A stretch of DNA of 62,370 nt, filler included, from a bacterium (GTDB lineage: Bacteria; JAJRZV01): the NCBI GenBank assembly GCA_024275095.1. It is 5 parts of 5 records of this genome, joined end to end, with 100 filler letters (N's around TTAATTAATTAA, not from the genome) between each part and the next. Parts side by side here need not be neighbours in the genome. Positions count along the whole stretch, not along the records: positions 1 to 24,366 come from JAJRZV010000128.1; 4 more parts are not named here. One strand, 5' to 3'. The notes below the pieces were generated by a model. The model saw only the letters and a list, made by a program, of their open reading frames with translations. It was not told where the DNA came from and made no database searches. The position numbers were made by a program, and so were the translations under genes. This document shows positions 10,443-22,028 of the stretch, one piece after another; position 1 is the stretch's first letter; each line of letters opens with the position of its first letter.

Positions 10443-11678
10443 ATGTTTGATTTCAAATTAACACCTGAACAAAAAAAACTACGTGAAGAAGTGAGAGAAT
10501 TCGTCAAGTCTATTCCGCGTCAATTTCTGCTCGACCTGGACGCTGATAAAATACGGTACCCCAAAGACTACGTAAAAGACCTTGCCAGGAGGAAACTGCT
10601 GGGGCTGCGTTTCCCTGAAAAATACGGCGGTAGAGGCCTTGGCTGGCTTGAAGAAGTCATTGCCATTGAAGAAATCGGGGTACTTGGAACCACCCCTGCA
10701 TGTCTTTACTCACTTCCCAGCATAGTTGGAGAAGCCATTAATATCTTCGGTACACAGGAGCAAAAAGAAAAGTATCTCAAGGCCACACTCGAGGGCAAGC
10801 TCTTCACTGCCGAGGCCCTTACAGAGCCGCGAGGCGGTTCAGATTTCTTCGGTGCAACCACCACCGCCGTGCGTGAAGGTGATTACTACATCCTCAACGG
10901 GCAAAAACGCTTTGTTGTTGGCTCTGAAGGAGCCGATTATTTCCTCGTATATGCACGTACTGATCCCAATGCGCCGGGACACAAATCCATCAGCGCCTTC
11001 CTCGTGGACCGTGATGAAACGGTGGAGGTGAAACACGTATACGGACTCATGGGAACACGCGGCGGGGGCACAGGAAGACTTTTATTTAAAAACACAAAGG
11101 TACCCGTAGAAAACCTCATCTGGAAAGAAAACCAGGGAGCAGACGTGTTCTACCAAATGATGATTCCCGAACGCATGACTTCTGCAGCCGGAGCACTGGG
11201 CATGGCAAAGGTGATTGAAGTGGCAGCCCGGTACGCTGACAGGCGCAAGGCCTTTGGCCAGAAAATTCGCAAATTCCAGGGGGTCAGTTTCAAAATTGCG
11301 GATTCAGTAACCAAACTCGATGCAGCACGAGCTCTTGTTTACTCCATTGCTGAAGCGATTGATAGCGGCAAAGAGGACCCTGGTAAGCTGCGAAGACTGG
11401 TATCCGAGGCAAAAAAATTCGCCACGGATGTGGCATGGGAAGTAGTCAACGATGCCATGCAGATCATGGGAGGCATCGCTTACACAAATGTTTATCCTAT
11501 CGAAAGGATACTCAGAGATACCCGCCTCATTATGATCTGGACAGGTACCAACGAAATTATGAACCTCATCATCCAGCATGAATACTTTAAAGAAATCCTT
11601 GAAAAAGAACCCGAAGGAAGAAATATTGAAATGGATGCTCCAGATGCAGACAAGGAGGAAGAAAAAGTGTATGAGTAA
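10443..11678 (+). CDS. Acyl-CoA dehydrogenase
   Basis: [54 protein letters not shown] before ATG 10443. Confidence 0.95.
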   Translation: MFDFKLTPEQKKLREEVREFVKSIPRQFLLDLDADKIRYPKDYVKDLARRKLLGLRFPEKYGGRGLGWLEEVIAIEEIGVLGTTPACLYSLPSIVGEAINIFGTQEQKEKYLKATLEGKLFTAEALTEPRGGSDFFGATTTAVREGDYYILNGQKRFVVGSEGADYFLVYARTDPNAPGHKSISAFLVDRDETVEVKHVYGLMGTRGGGTGRLLFKNTKVPVENLIWKENQGADVFYQMMIPERMTSAAGALGMAKVIEVAARYADRRKAFGQKIRKFQGVSFKIADSVTKLDAARALVYSIAEAIDSGKEDPGKLRRLVSEAKKFATDVAWEVVNDAMQIMGGIAYTNVYPIERILRDTRLIMIWTGTNEIMNLIIQHEYFKEILEKEPEGRNIEMDAPDADKEEEKVYE

Positions 11679-11716
11679 ATTATTTTATACTTGCATGAGC
11701 AGGGGGCAGCTGAATA

Positions 11717-12493
11717 ATGGAAAAATCTCTTCTCAACCGTTTTAGAATGGATGGCAAAAAAGCGCTGGTAACAGGTGCTTCCAAGGGTATCGGGCGGGCG
11801 GTTGCTGTAGCTCTGGCAGAGGCTGGAGCCGACGTGGCTGTAGTGGCACGGTCCAAGGACCTGCTCTATTCACTGAAAGAAGAGATCGAGGGTTTTGGAC
11901 GCGTATGTGTTGTACTTCCATGTGACGTTTCTCAGGAGTCAGCGGTAAAACGCAGTATAGAAGAAGCATGGGAAAAACTGGACGGACTCGACATTCTCAT
12001 CAACAATGCTGGTGTAACTTCGGTTTCACCCGCAGAGGACCTGGATACCGAAAACTGGCGACGGATTCTGAGCATCAACCTGGATGGAGTTTTTTATTTC
12101 TGCCGCACATGGGGTAAAAAAGCAATCTCAGCAGGTAGAGGCGGTTCTGTAGTGAACGTTACAAGTGTTCTCGGACTTGTGGCCACGAAATACGTGGCTC
12201 ATTACAGTGCATCCAAGGGTGGTCTCATCAGCCTCACACGCGCCCTCGCCCTTGAATGGGCACGTTATGGAATACGCGTAAACGCGGTGGCACCGGGATG
12301 GGTCAAAACCGAAATGACAGCGGGAATTCAACAAAGTCCCGACGTGTATCAGAAATACTTAAAAAACATTCCCATGAGACGATGGGCTGATCCTGAAGAT
12401 ATTGCAACAGTTGTATTATTTCTCGCCTCTGATGCCTCTTCTTACATGACCGGCCAGACAATAATTGTCGATGGTGGATTAACTATTTTATAG
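11717..12493 (+). CDS. Short-chain dehydrogenase/reductase (FabG/KduD-like)
   Basis: TGASKGIG, NNAG, YSASK, VNAVAPG, VDGG. Confidence 0.95.
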   Translation: MEKSLLNRFRMDGKKALVTGASKGIGRAVAVALAEAGADVAVVARSKDLLYSLKEEIEGFGRVCVVLPCDVSQESAVKRSIEEAWEKLDGLDILINNAGVTSVSPAEDLDTENWRRILSINLDGVFYFCRTWGKKAISAGRGGSVVNVTSVLGLVATKYVAHYSASKGGLISLTRALALEWARYGIRVNAVAPGWVKTEMTAGIQQSPDVYQKYLKNIPMRRWADPEDIATVVLFLASDASSYMTGQTIIVDGGLTIL

Positions 12494-12594
12494 GTATTTT
12501 CCCAGGAGACCAGATGTTTAAAATCCTATCTGTTCTTTCAAATAGTCAAAGAAAATTTGCCTTGGAAATCCTGTGACGTTATTATCAAAACCTC

Positions 12595-13791
12595 ATGAAG
12601 GTTCACAAGAAATTCGGTGCGCCTCCGGAAAAGGGATTTTTCGGACCTTACGGAGGCCGCTATGTCCCTGAAACTCTCCATTTCGCCCTTGACGAACTGG
12701 AGGAAGCCTTTCGGACATCCTTAAAAGACAGGAACTTTAAAAAAGAACTGGATTTTTATCTGAAAGAATATGCAGGCCGCCCCACCCCCCTCTACTTTGC
12801 AAAACGTTTGAGTGAAAAGTGCGGATTCAGAGTATATCTCAAGCGTGAAGACCTCTGCCATACGGGCTCCCATAAAATCAACAACACCATCGCGCAGGTG
12901 CTCCTGGCAAAACATATGAAAAAAAAGCGCATTATCGCAGAAACCGGTGCTGGCCAGCACGGTGTGGCCACTGCGACCGCAGCAGCGCTTTTCGGATTAA
13001 AATGCGAAATCTATATGGGCAAAACCGACATGGAGAGGCAAAGGCTCAACGTTTTCCGCATGCGCAGTCTCGGTGCAGAGGTTCACCCCGTATCCTCTGG
13101 GACGAAAACCCTGAAAGATGCCATGAATGAGGCAATTCGCGACTGGGTGACAAATGTCCAGACCACCCATTACGTTATCGGATCCGTTGCTGGACCGCAT
13201 CCTTATCCCTGGATGGTAAGAACTTTCCAATCCGTTATAGGACGGGAATCAAAACAACAAATCCTCAAGAAAGAAAAACGGCTCCCAGATGCCGTAGTGG
13301 CCTGCGTGGGAGGTGGTAGCAACGCAATGGGGATTTTTCACGCTTTTCTCAACGACCCGGTGGAGCTTATCGGTGTAGAGGCCGCCGGAAAAGGGCTCTC
13401 CTCGGGAGCTCACGGAGCATCACTCACCAAGGGAGAACCAGGGGTTTTGCACGGAATGCATACGTATCTTCTTCAGACAGAAGACGGGCAGGTACAGAAT
13501 CCTCATTCAATAGCAGCAGGGCTGGATTATCCTGGAGTCGGCCCTGAGCTCAGTTATCTGAAAGATGAGGGAAGAGTGCACATACACGCGGTCACCGACA
13601 GGCAGGCAATTGAAGGATTTAAACTCCTGGCATCAACAGAAGGAATTATCCCGGCTCTTGAAAGTGCCCATGCTGTGTACTGGTTGTGGAAAAACAGGAA
13701 AAATTTTTCCAGAAACGCTGTTGTTATCGTTAATGTAAGTGGACGTGGTGACAAAGATGCAGAAATAGTGGAATTTTTTACAAATGGGTAA
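12595..13791 (+). CDS. trpB: Tryptophan synthase beta chain
   Basis: [46 protein letters not shown]. Confidence 0.98.
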   Translation: MKVHKKFGAPPEKGFFGPYGGRYVPETLHFALDELEEAFRTSLKDRNFKKELDFYLKEYAGRPTPLYFAKRLSEKCGFRVYLKREDLCHTGSHKINNTIAQVLLAKHMKKKRIIAETGAGQHGVATATAAALFGLKCEIYMGKTDMERQRLNVFRMRSLGAEVHPVSSGTKTLKDAMNEAIRDWVTNVQTTHYVIGSVAGPHPYPWMVRTFQSVIGRESKQQILKKEKRLPDAVVACVGGGSNAMGIFHAFLNDPVELIGVEAAGKGLSSGAHGASLTKGEPGVLHGMHTYLLQTEDGQVQNPHSIAAGLDYPGVGPELSYLKDEGRVHIHAVTDRQAIEGFKLLASTEGIIPALESAHAVYWLWKNRKNFSRNAVVIVNVSGRGDKDAEIVEFFTNG

Positions 13792-14587
13792 AGAAAGCCT
13801 GTCCATATTGTTTCGAGAAAGCGCGGTTAGCAACGAGAGAGTGCTTGCCGTCTTTGCAACAGTGGGATTCCCTTCCTTCCAGGGAAGCATTGAAGCGATT
13901 ACAGGAGCCGTTGAAGCAGGCGCCGACATTATAGAACTGGGGATTCCGTTTTCCGACCCCGTGGCAGATGGCCCCGTAATTCAAGAAGCCTCGAGTGTGG
14001 CTCTTCAAAATGGTATCAACATAGAGAAAGCGCTGGAAGCAGCCTCTAAAATTAAAAGCTTCGCAGACGTTCCGTTGATGCTTATGGGATACTTTAATCC
14101 TTTTTTGCACTACGGCATTTCAAAACTTTTCACAGATGCCTACGAGGCGGGAGTCGACGGGTTTATAGTACCTGATCTTCCACCTGAAGAAGGACACGCT
14201 TTTTACACCCGCGCCAACGAATTGGGCTTCGCCACAGTGCTGTTCCTTTCACCGGTAACAAAAACACCCCGTGTAAAACTCATCAATGAACTCACAACAG
14301 GTTTTGTGTATTTCATCTCCGTGACAGGAATAACAGGAGCAAAACTTCAATCATCCGAAACTGTAGCACTGATGGTTCAGCGGTTTAAGAAGAAGGTAAA
14401 AAGGCCTCTCCTGGTGGGATTTGGCATCTCTTCTCCTGCAGAAGCCGCCGTTATAGGGAAAGCAGCCGACGGTGTCATTGTTGGTACTGCATTTTTAAAA
14501 ACCCTCAAAGACAAAGGTTTGAAGGCGGCCACCCAATTTATTGCACACCTAAAAGACGCTTTGAAGAATACAGTGACATCAATCTGA
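13784..14587 (+). CDS. trpA: Tryptophan synthase alpha chain
   Basis: [42 protein letters not shown]. Confidence 0.97.
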   Translation: MGKESLSILFRESAVSNERVLAVFATVGFPSFQGSIEAITGAVEAGADIIELGIPFSDPVADGPVIQEASSVALQNGINIEKALEAASKIKSFADVPLMLMGYFNPFLHYGISKLFTDAYEAGVDGFIVPDLPPEEGHAFYTRANELGFATVLFLSPVTKTPRVKLINELTTGFVYFISVTGITGAKLQSSETVALMVQRFKKKVKRPLLVGFGISSPAEAAVIGKAADGVIVGTAFLKTLKDKGLKAATQFIAHLKDALKNTVTSI

Positions 14588-14671
14588 AACCACAAAATAA
14601 AAATAAAAGTGAGTGAAAGGATTTAGTGATATAATATTTTTGATATTGATATTCATCTCAGGAGGAGAAGG

Positions 14672-17161
14672 GTGAAAAACGAAAGTAAATACAGATTAAC
14701 GATTGGCATGGTTGTGCTGTTCAGCACAGTGGTAATGGGGTGTAGTATAGGTGAAAAGTGCTCGCCTTCACTGTTTATCCGTGAGCCTGCACAAAAAAGC
14801 CTGAATATTCGCAAAGGAGCCGTTATGGAATTCAGTGCCGCAGCCACATCATGCGTCGGCGATACGGGGTTCTCTTACGAGTGGATAGTTAACGGCAAAC
14901 CCCAGGGGTTCGAAAATACCTTTCGATTTTATGCATGTGAAAGCGCATCAGTACCTATCACTGTAGTCGTAAGAGCCACAAACAGCTCCGGAGAAGTGGT
15001 TGAACAAAAATGGACTGTATCCATTACGGACACGGGACGCATAATTCGTCCCCAGGAAGTTCAAGATGCCATCATGACCATTAAGGGCAATCACACTTTT
15101 AACCCGGCGTTTCCGGAAATTTACACACAGTCCGTCACGGCATTTCAGCAAGCAGTGAGTGTATTAGATATATATCTGAACACCACCAACGCCTGTGACT
15201 TCGACGCCAGTTATGCTGACGGGCTTGCAAGGCTTGTTCTTTTACTAACACGGGTTCCGGAATATTACAAAATGCGTCAGCAGATGACTCCCTCCGATGT
15301 GTTCCAGATTATCGACGAAGACATGCTGCCCATCGTGGAAAGACTGGACGTGGTCAGGCGGTATGCACCCGACAATTTCTCGTTCAAAATTGACAACCTT
15401 TTTGTGGTGGTACTGGAAGATTTGCCCGATGTCCCCGGCAATCAGTTCGTCGCAGTAGACCTCAGTGGCGAGCATGACTATACAGACGTGCTCTTCTTTT
15501 CTTCTGGAGCTGCAGCAGGGATGGCGGCACTACACATGGCCCTCGCATACAATGGAATTGTTAATTTTGCCCTCTCTCTACCCAACCCTGACGAAATGGT
15601 ATATCTGAAAAAGTTCGCCCAGGGCTTAACAGGACAGTTCATCCTGGAAAGTGCCATCATCGAAAAACTTGAAGACGACCCCACTTTTCTCATGCTGAGT
15701 CCCCCGGACGAAAAAGGCATTGACGGCCGGGGACACCTTGCCATTGCTCAAAAACTGCTGGCGGTCGCCATGAGGGACTTTGAAGCAGCCCTCGGTTCAC
15801 TCGTATCTGAACCCAATACAGAAGCAGATCCTCAGGATGACGACCTTGTAAGGTACTGGGATTGCGGAAGTGACGGGGTCTGCCCCGGCGACCCGGAAGA
15901 ACGCTCCAACGTAAATGCCCCCTGTGAAGATGCCAACGGCAACACTCAGGCTTACACGGATAAGAACTTTAACGGCGAATGCAATCCACCTCACTGTGAT
16001 ACAGACGGTGACGGACAGCTCGATCTCACACCTGACACAAATCCGTACGATCCCAAGAAAGAAACGGTCTGTGTCGCCCCTGACGAAGGGGAAATGAACG
16101 GTCAGTTTGATTATGGTGAGCCGGTGGGCTTCGAATTCGTCCGCGTATTCAAAAACGAAACCGAGCGTTACAGCCTTCCTGTGCAGGATTACATCAGGAA
16201 TGACATACTCATGCTGGCAGACAATATAGAAGGTGTAGACCGGGACGGAGATGGAGAACCAGACCCTCTTAACCTCAACGCTTTTGTACCGGGCTTTGAT
16301 GTGTATGCTGCCATGGAAGCATACGGCATTCCCAAGCCCGACATTCGACTGGCAGAGTTCTTCCAGACGCCTTCCAACCTGCGTGACCTTGTACCCTTAT
16401 ATGCACGTCCTGGATGTCTGTATCACGGCTTCGAAAACCAGTTTATTTTCACCGAAGAATTTGAAGCTTTTGTGGACAATGGATATGACCACCTGTGGTC
16501 TTACGAAGAACCGGGATACGATGCAATCACCAACAGGGACCCATCCCACGACGATTACGACCCCGTGTGTGATCCACAATGTAACAGCAACGACGGCTGG
16601 GACAACGACCAGGATGGAAAATGCACACCTGACGAATGTTCAGCATGTCGCAGCAATTACAACAATGCAAATTTTGCGTGCGATGATACGTCCAGCATTG
16701 GAGTAAATACCGACAATGGGACAGAAGGCAATTATCACTGGGACTGCAAGTCGCCCCAGGAAGTCAGTAACGGCATTCAGTGCGCTGGTGATGCGGAAGA
16801 GTTTATAGATGAGGGGGTATTCAACGGCGTAGAATTTATCGGTGCGAACGACGGCGTATATAATAGAATTGACATGGAACACATATGGCCCACTGATGCA
16901 TGTATCGGAGGAATACAACCGGGAATCACAAGCGACCCCCGAAACGGTGTTGACTCTCCAAGCCTCGACACACTGGAAGAAAATGGCAACCTTTACGATC
17001 CATTTTACGCCTTTTTTCCTGATCCCACCTTCAGCGGCGTAATTCGATTTGAAGAAGAAATCGTCAACAGCGATGGAGAAGCTCTCAACAACAACGCGAA
17101 ACTCATGCGTTTTCTGACAAAACTGTATAACCTTGCAGTTATGTTTGGTGCTATTGATTAA
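14672..17161 (+). CDS. Large uncharacterised lipoprotein with Ig-like N-domain and Asp/Cys-rich Ca-binding-like inserts
   Basis: Lipobox VMG-C; DTDGDGQLD, DRDGDGEPD, DNDQDGK motifs; C-terminal FPDPTFSG. Confidence 0.75.
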   Translation: MKNESKYRLTIGMVVLFSTVVMGCSIGEKCSPSLFIREPAQKSLNIRKGAVMEFSAAATSCVGDTGFSYEWIVNGKPQGFENTFRFYACESASVPITVVVRATNSSGEVVEQKWTVSITDTGRIIRPQEVQDAIMTIKGNHTFNPAFPEIYTQSVTAFQQAVSVLDIYLNTTNACDFDASYADGLARLVLLLTRVPEYYKMRQQMTPSDVFQIIDEDMLPIVERLDVVRRYAPDNFSFKIDNLFVVVLEDLPDVPGNQFVAVDLSGEHDYTDVLFFSSGAAAGMAALHMALAYNGIVNFALSLPNPDEMVYLKKFAQGLTGQFILESAIIEKLEDDPTFLMLSPPDEKGIDGRGHLAIAQKLLAVAMRDFEAALGSLVSEPNTEADPQDDDLVRYWDCGSDGVCPGDPEERSNVNAPCEDANGNTQAYTDKNFNGECNPPHCDTDGDGQLDLTPDTNPYDPKKETVCVAPDEGEMNGQFDYGEPVGFEFVRVFKNETERYSLPVQDYIRNDILMLADNIEGVDRDGDGEPDPLNLNAFVPGFDVYAAMEAYGIPKPDIRLAEFFQTPSNLRDLVPLYARPGCLYHGFENQFIFTEEFEAFVDNGYDHLWSYEEPGYDAITNRDPSHDDYDPVCDPQCNSNDGWDNDQDGKCTPDECSACRSNYNNANFACDDTSSIGVNTDNGTEGNYHWDCKSPQEVSNGIQCAGDAEEFIDEGVFNGVEFIGANDGVYNRIDMEHIWPTDACIGGIQPGITSDPRNGVDSPSLDTLEENGNLYDPFYAFFPDPTFSGVIRFEEEIVNSDGEALNNNAKLMRFLTKLYNLAVMFGAID

Positions 17162-17175
17162 GCAGGAGGGTAACT

Positions 17176-20100
17176 TTGAAGAAACTATCGGCAGCAAGCT
17201 GTATTCTTATCACTTTTGCTGTTTCTCTTTACGGCGGATGTGAAGGGAAAAAAGTCACACCTGAAATAAAACTGGAAACCACTGCCAACCCTCCAGGCGG
17301 TAAATATCGACGCAATGAACTACCATTTTTTGTCACCCTTTCATCGAGTAAAAAAGCCACCATTTACTACACCCTCGACGGTTCTGCTCCTCTGCCCGGA
17401 AGAGATACCACATTTTCCGCTCCCAGTCCTGTCACAGGTATCGAAATTAACGGTCCCACGACCCTGCGCTATTTTGCAGAAGACGAGGAAGGCAACCGCG
17501 AGAGTGTAAAAACCGAAGTTTACGAAATCGACGAACCGCCCGAAACCGTGGCATTGCCACCAGGGGGGCGATTCGCTGACAACATCACGGTCACCCTTTC
17601 TGCATCCGAGCCAGCAACCATTTATTACACGATGGACGGAACGGATCCCACACCCGAACATTACGACAACACCTGTGCCAACTCCTGTCAGGTGAAAATT
17701 ACGTGTCCTGAAACCGAGGAAGAATGTACAACCATTTTAAAATTCTTTGCGATAGACCAATCAGATATCGAAGAAGAAACCATCCACCAGGAAACGTACA
17801 TCATTGACCGTAAAAAACCAACTACTTACATTACTCCGCCCGGTGGTCACTATGACGGTCCCCAAAGCGTGCAGCTTCTCACCGATGAACCCGCAATCAT
17901 TTACTACTGCATCAACGGGGGAGTCCCCTCTACCCAGCCTGAAAATTTTATTGAAAACGGCGGTTGCACTTATCGCGCGGAAAATTCAGCAGCCATAGAA
18001 GTGAATGATCATACTATCCTGCGTTATTTTGCCGTAGATGAAGTGGGCAACCAGGAAGACATGCACACTCAGATATACAGAATAGGCGATGCTCCTATTG
18101 CTGTCCTCGATCCTCCTCCGGGGCTCTACAACTACCTGCCATTCGTCGTCACCGTCACATCATCCCCACAGCCGGCCACGTTCTACTATACTCTCGACGG
18201 TACTGACGTGACCATCGGTTCTTCATCCTTCTGCAACACACCCTGTACATTCACCATCACCAATCCCGAAGCCAACGTGGTCAAGTACATTATTACCGAC
18301 GGGGTCAATCACGATAAACAAAGGGAAGCACTCTACATTCTGGACATAACACCCCCCACAACAACAGCGGACCCCGCAGGCGGATATTACGATTCACCAA
18401 TTTCCGTAACCATTTCTGCAAACGAAGACAACGTTACTGTGTATTACACTGTCATTGAGGGCCAGGACGGCTGCAGCACCACACCCCCTTCCTCTGCGCT
18501 TTCCAAAGCCAAAGCACCGGTAAAAAACATCAGCATTTACGCTGATAGTGCCATTTACTATTACGGAGTCGACCTCGCGGGAAACCAGGAAAATGCAAAA
18601 TGCGAAGAGTACAGCATATACGGCCGTTTTACCGAAGACTTCAGCAACGATACCTACATAGACACCGCAAATACCGATGCAGAAATTGACTACGTGAAGA
18701 CAGAAGTTCACCTCAGTATTGACAGACCGGAAGTTGTAAATACTCTTCCTCTCAACGTCGTACCTCAGGCAATGGCCGTCTCGGGCAAATACCTACTGGC
18801 GGCTGGGGGGGCTCAGGGAATCCTCGTGTTTGATATTTCAATGCCCGACGACCCTGTTTACCTGGACAGCTATCTGCCCGAACTTGGACGAACTTATATA
18901 TCTTTGAAATTCTACGGCAGGTATTTACTCGCAGGATGGACAACACCTACAGAAATTGGTGTAGACCTTATAGATGCAGCCAATCCGTCGGTTCTGGTGG
19001 GTGCAAATCCACCTTCACCAATCACCTCTTACACAGAACCGGCAGATACCGGCAAAGCACCTGTAAGAATCGAGGTCATAAACGACCATGTCCTTGTAGC
19101 CATGGGCACCCCTGGAGCTGGAACATGGTCTTCCAGGCTGGTCTCTCTGATCACAGATTACAGCTCCATTCTCGATTATGTCACCGAAGTTAACAACCTG
19201 AGTTATCATCCGTATTACGCACTTCTTATAAACGGTGACTTTGCTTTCGGAGGAAGTGTAGATGGCTGGGTTGACTCATTCAGCATAAAAAACCTGGACG
19301 CTTTCCCAAACAGCCCTTCCGATTTAGTAAGTCTTGACGGCCCTGTATACGACATGGTCATGAAAGAAGGATACATACTCGCTCTTGTAGATGCAGGCAG
19401 CACTTCACGCCTGCGCATCATCAACGCTACCGATCCCACTGCAATGAATCTGCTCTCTAACTATCTTGAATTTAACGCGGACACACCTTACCGAATCGTC
19501 CTCAATGGAGCCACGGCCTATATTGCTTCTTCCGCTCGTTTGCTTGTACTCGACGTGAGGAATCCATCATCACCGGTGAAACTGGTGGAAATGGACGCAC
19601 CTGGTTGTAGAGACCTTGTCATTGTCGGCGAATACGCTTACTGTGCCGGACTTGCTGCTGAGCTGATAACCCTTCGAATTGGTGAACGTTCCGCTTTGAG
19701 TTCGGTGAAGGAATGGGATGCAGGCAGTACCATCACAAAAATAGGTTTATCGGGAGACTATCTCTATGCTATTACATCCGGTGCTGTCTCACTACTTACC
19801 ACTGACCTCGAAACGATCTATTCCATCGGCGTGTCTGGTGCTACTGGATTTTCACATTTTGGAATGGACATATATAACAGAAACGTAGGTGTCGTTGCAT
19901 CATCTTCTGGACTTCAGTATTTCAACCTGGAAAACACCGCGCCCATCTGGATTACCAGTGCAGCAATAGGTCGGGTGGACGACCTTGTCATCGACGGAGA
20001 TATGATATATACAGCATCGGGAGATTCCGGATGTGGTATATACGACGCATCTGAAGTATTTTCACCATCATTAAGCGCCGTATTTTCCATTGTCGGCGAG

Positions 20101-20847
20101 TCATGCCTCGATGTGCTCGCCGCTGGTCCTGAGTTGCTTACATTATTCAATGCATCGGGACTGTATGTGGTAGACGTAAGAACACCCTCATCACCTGCAC
20201 AAATGGGCACTTACAATACATCAGGCAATCCTCAAACAATGGGGCTCGAGGGCAATATGCTCGTCGTAGCGGACGGACTCGGGGGAGCCGTGACGCTGGA
20301 CATAACGAACCGCTACACACCACAACTCCTTTCAACAACCCCCACAAGTAATGCAAAAGATGTGGAGGTCTTTGGATTTACAGCCTATCTGGCCGATGGG
20401 AGCGGTGGGCTTAAATCCATCAACCTTACTATTCCCGATACACCCCTTATCGACCGAAGCCTGTCATTGCAGGATTCACGATCCATAGCCTTTGATGGTG
20501 AATATATATACGTAACCGATGGTGCCCGCCTCCTTAAAGTAAACTCGCTGAAACCCCTCGCCAGTTATCGACCAACAGGAACGGTCACTTCCCTCAACAT
20601 TAATTCATCCGGTCTCAATGTAAAGAAAGGTCGCATCCAGATAGATGCAACAATACCAGATGGAACATCCGTAACTCTCTATCTATCAAATGATGGTGGG
20701 ACTAACTGGTTGCAGGTGTACCAGGGGCAATTCGTCACCTTTCCCAATCTGGATGCTGACCTGAGATGGAAAGCCGTTCTCAAAACAAACGATCCCCGCA
20801 AAACGCCGGTAATAAGATCAGTTACTGTAGTGTACTACTACGAGTGA
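17176..20847 (+). CDS. Large lipoprotein with repeated CHB_HEX_C/Fn3-associated domains and LVIVD beta-propeller repeats
   Basis: Five T.A.PPGG.Y...IYYT.DG repeats, then LVFDISMP/LVLDVRNP/YVVDVRTP LVIVD-type repeats; lipobox-like YGG-C. Confidence 0.8.
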   Translation: MKKLSAASCILITFAVSLYGGCEGKKVTPEIKLETTANPPGGKYRRNELPFFVTLSSSKKATIYYTLDGSAPLPGRDTTFSAPSPVTGIEINGPTTLRYFAEDEEGNRESVKTEVYEIDEPPETVALPPGGRFADNITVTLSASEPATIYYTMDGTDPTPEHYDNTCANSCQVKITCPETEEECTTILKFFAIDQSDIEEETIHQETYIIDRKKPTTYITPPGGHYDGPQSVQLLTDEPAIIYYCINGGVPSTQPENFIENGGCTYRAENSAAIEVNDHTILRYFAVDEVGNQEDMHTQIYRIGDAPIAVLDPPPGLYNYLPFVVTVTSSPQPATFYYTLDGTDVTIGSSSFCNTPCTFTITNPEANVVKYIITDGVNHDKQREALYILDITPPTTTADPAGGYYDSPISVTISANEDNVTVYYTVIEGQDGCSTTPPSSALSKAKAPVKNISIYADSAIYYYGVDLAGNQENAKCEEYSIYGRFTEDFSNDTYIDTANTDAEIDYVKTEVHLSIDRPEVVNTLPLNVVPQAMAVSGKYLLAAGGAQGILVFDISMPDDPVYLDSYLPELGRTYISLKFYGRYLLAGWTTPTEIGVDLIDAANPSVLVGANPPSPITSYTEPADTGKAPVRIEVINDHVLVAMGTPGAGTWSSRLVSLITDYSSILDYVTEVNNLSYHPYYALLINGDFAFGGSVDGWVDSFSIKNLDAFPNSPSDLVSLDGPVYDMVMKEGYILALVDAGSTSRLRIINATDPTAMNLLSNYLEFNADTPYRIVLNGATAYIASSARLLVLDVRNPSSPVKLVEMDAPGCRDLVIVGEYAYCAGLAAELITLRIGERSALSSVKEWDAGSTITKIGLSGDYLYAITSGAVSLLTTDLETIYSIGVSGATGFSHFGMDIYNRNVGVVASSSGLQYFNLENTAPIWITSAAIGRVDDLVIDGDMIYTASGDSGCGIYDASEVFSPSLSAVFSIVGESCLDVLAAGPELLTLFNASGLYVVDVRTPSSPAQMGTYNTSGNPQTMGLEGNMLVVADGLGGAVTLDITNRYTPQLLSTTPTSNAKDVEVFGFTAYLADGSGGLKSINLTIPDTPLIDRSLSLQDSRSIAFDGEYIYVTDGARLLKVNSLKPLASYRPTGTVTSLNINSSGLNVKKGRIQIDATIPDGTSVTLYLSNDGGTNWLQVYQGQFVTFPNLDADLRWKAVLKTNDPRKTPVIRSVTVVYYYE

Positions 20848-20855
20848 GGAAAGCA

Positions 20856-22028
20856 ATGAGGAGACCAGTTACATATTTAATGCTTCTTATCATGATATTT
20901 ACAGGTTGTGCAGCTGACAACTCAGAAGATAATAAGGACGAAAACAAGGGCAATACGTATGCCTCCGTAACCTATGAATTCTCTCTCATGCCGGACGAGG
21001 CGTGGATGAATACAGGTATTGTTATTCATCCTTATACAGTTATAACAATTACGTCCAGCGAAGAAGCAATGGGAGACCCCGTTGTTCAGAGTATGGACCC
21101 GGTGGAAGGATTCGGCCACAGAGGCCTTATCGGCAAGATCGGTGTTGACGGAAGACCATTTGCCATTGGTAGGTACAAAGAAATTCAACTGCACGCAGAT
21201 TATGAAGGCAAAGAACTGTATCTGGGATGGAACGATTCATTTAACGACGCTGATATAAACTATGCCCAACTGACACCTCTCGATGTTCAGGTCACCGTGG
21301 AAGAAACAGACGCACCACCCCTTATTTCACCCGAGGATGGCATCTGGGTCACCACCCAGACCCCTGTGTTTGAATGGGAAGACTTCAACCACGCCATACA
21401 GTACGTCATTCAAATATCGCCCTTTGATGATTTCCGAGTACTTGAAGAAGAGCTCAATACCACCAACTCCTTTCTCAATACAGCTCAACCTACTATTGGA
21501 TACCCTACTACTCAACAACTTCAGAACCCCCTACAAATGGCCGAAGGTGTACATTACTGGCGCGTGAGAGCACAACTCAACAGATGTTCCACTTTCAATC
21601 CCTGCGCTGAATGGACCAGATGGTCTGCACCTTTCAAAATGGGGGTCGAACTCGGCAATGCTCCGGAAGAACCAGACATTGTTAATCCAACAGGGTCATC
21701 CTTTACATCAGGTGAAAAGGTTCTTTTTGAATTTCGGCAGGTCCCTGATCCCAGTGGAACATACTGGCGGTATCGTATCGTTACAACAGCATGTGGCGAT
21801 ACACCACAGATAGACCCTGAAGATCCTTCATCAGGCAATCCTTCAAACTGGGCTGTTTTTCAAAACCCCTCACCCTTTCCCGGTGGGCGTGTGGATGTAC
21901 CCATGTACTATGCAAGCTTCTACACTCCCAGACTTACAAAAGGTGAATGGCTCGTACGTATTGAAATTAAAGACGGACTCGATAACATCACTTACGTGGA
22001 CTATAAGTTTTCTGTGGATTGCGAGTGA
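20856..22028 (+). CDS. Lipoprotein with PA-IL/LecA-like lectin domain and Ig/Fn3-like domains
   Basis: Lipobox FTG-C; WMNTGI...GLIGKIG...PFAIG...LYLGWND; PLISPEDG...PVFEW...YVIQIS...YWRVRA. Confidence 0.65.
   Translation: MRRPVTYLMLLIMIFTGCAADNSEDNKDENKGNTYASVTYEFSLMPDEAWMNTGIVIHPYTVITITSSEEAMGDPVVQSMDPVEGFGHRGLIGKIGVDGRPFAIGRYKEIQLHADYEGKELYLGWNDSFNDADINYAQLTPLDVQVTVEETDAPPLISPEDGIWVTTQTPVFEWEDFNHAIQYVIQISPFDDFRVLEEELNTTNSFLNTAQPTIGYPTTQQLQNPLQMAEGVHYWRVRAQLNRCSTFNPCAEWTRWSAPFKMGVELGNAPEEPDIVNPTGSSFTSGEKVLFEFRQVPDPSGTYWRYRIVTTACGDTPQIDPEDPSSGNPSNWAVFQNPSPFPGGRVDVPMYYASFYTPRLTKGEWLVRIEIKDGLDNITYVDYKFSVDCE

Noticed and set aside
12595-14587. trpBA without other trp genes as evidence of indole salvage
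   Set aside because: Split trp operons are common and the rest of the genome is not visible.
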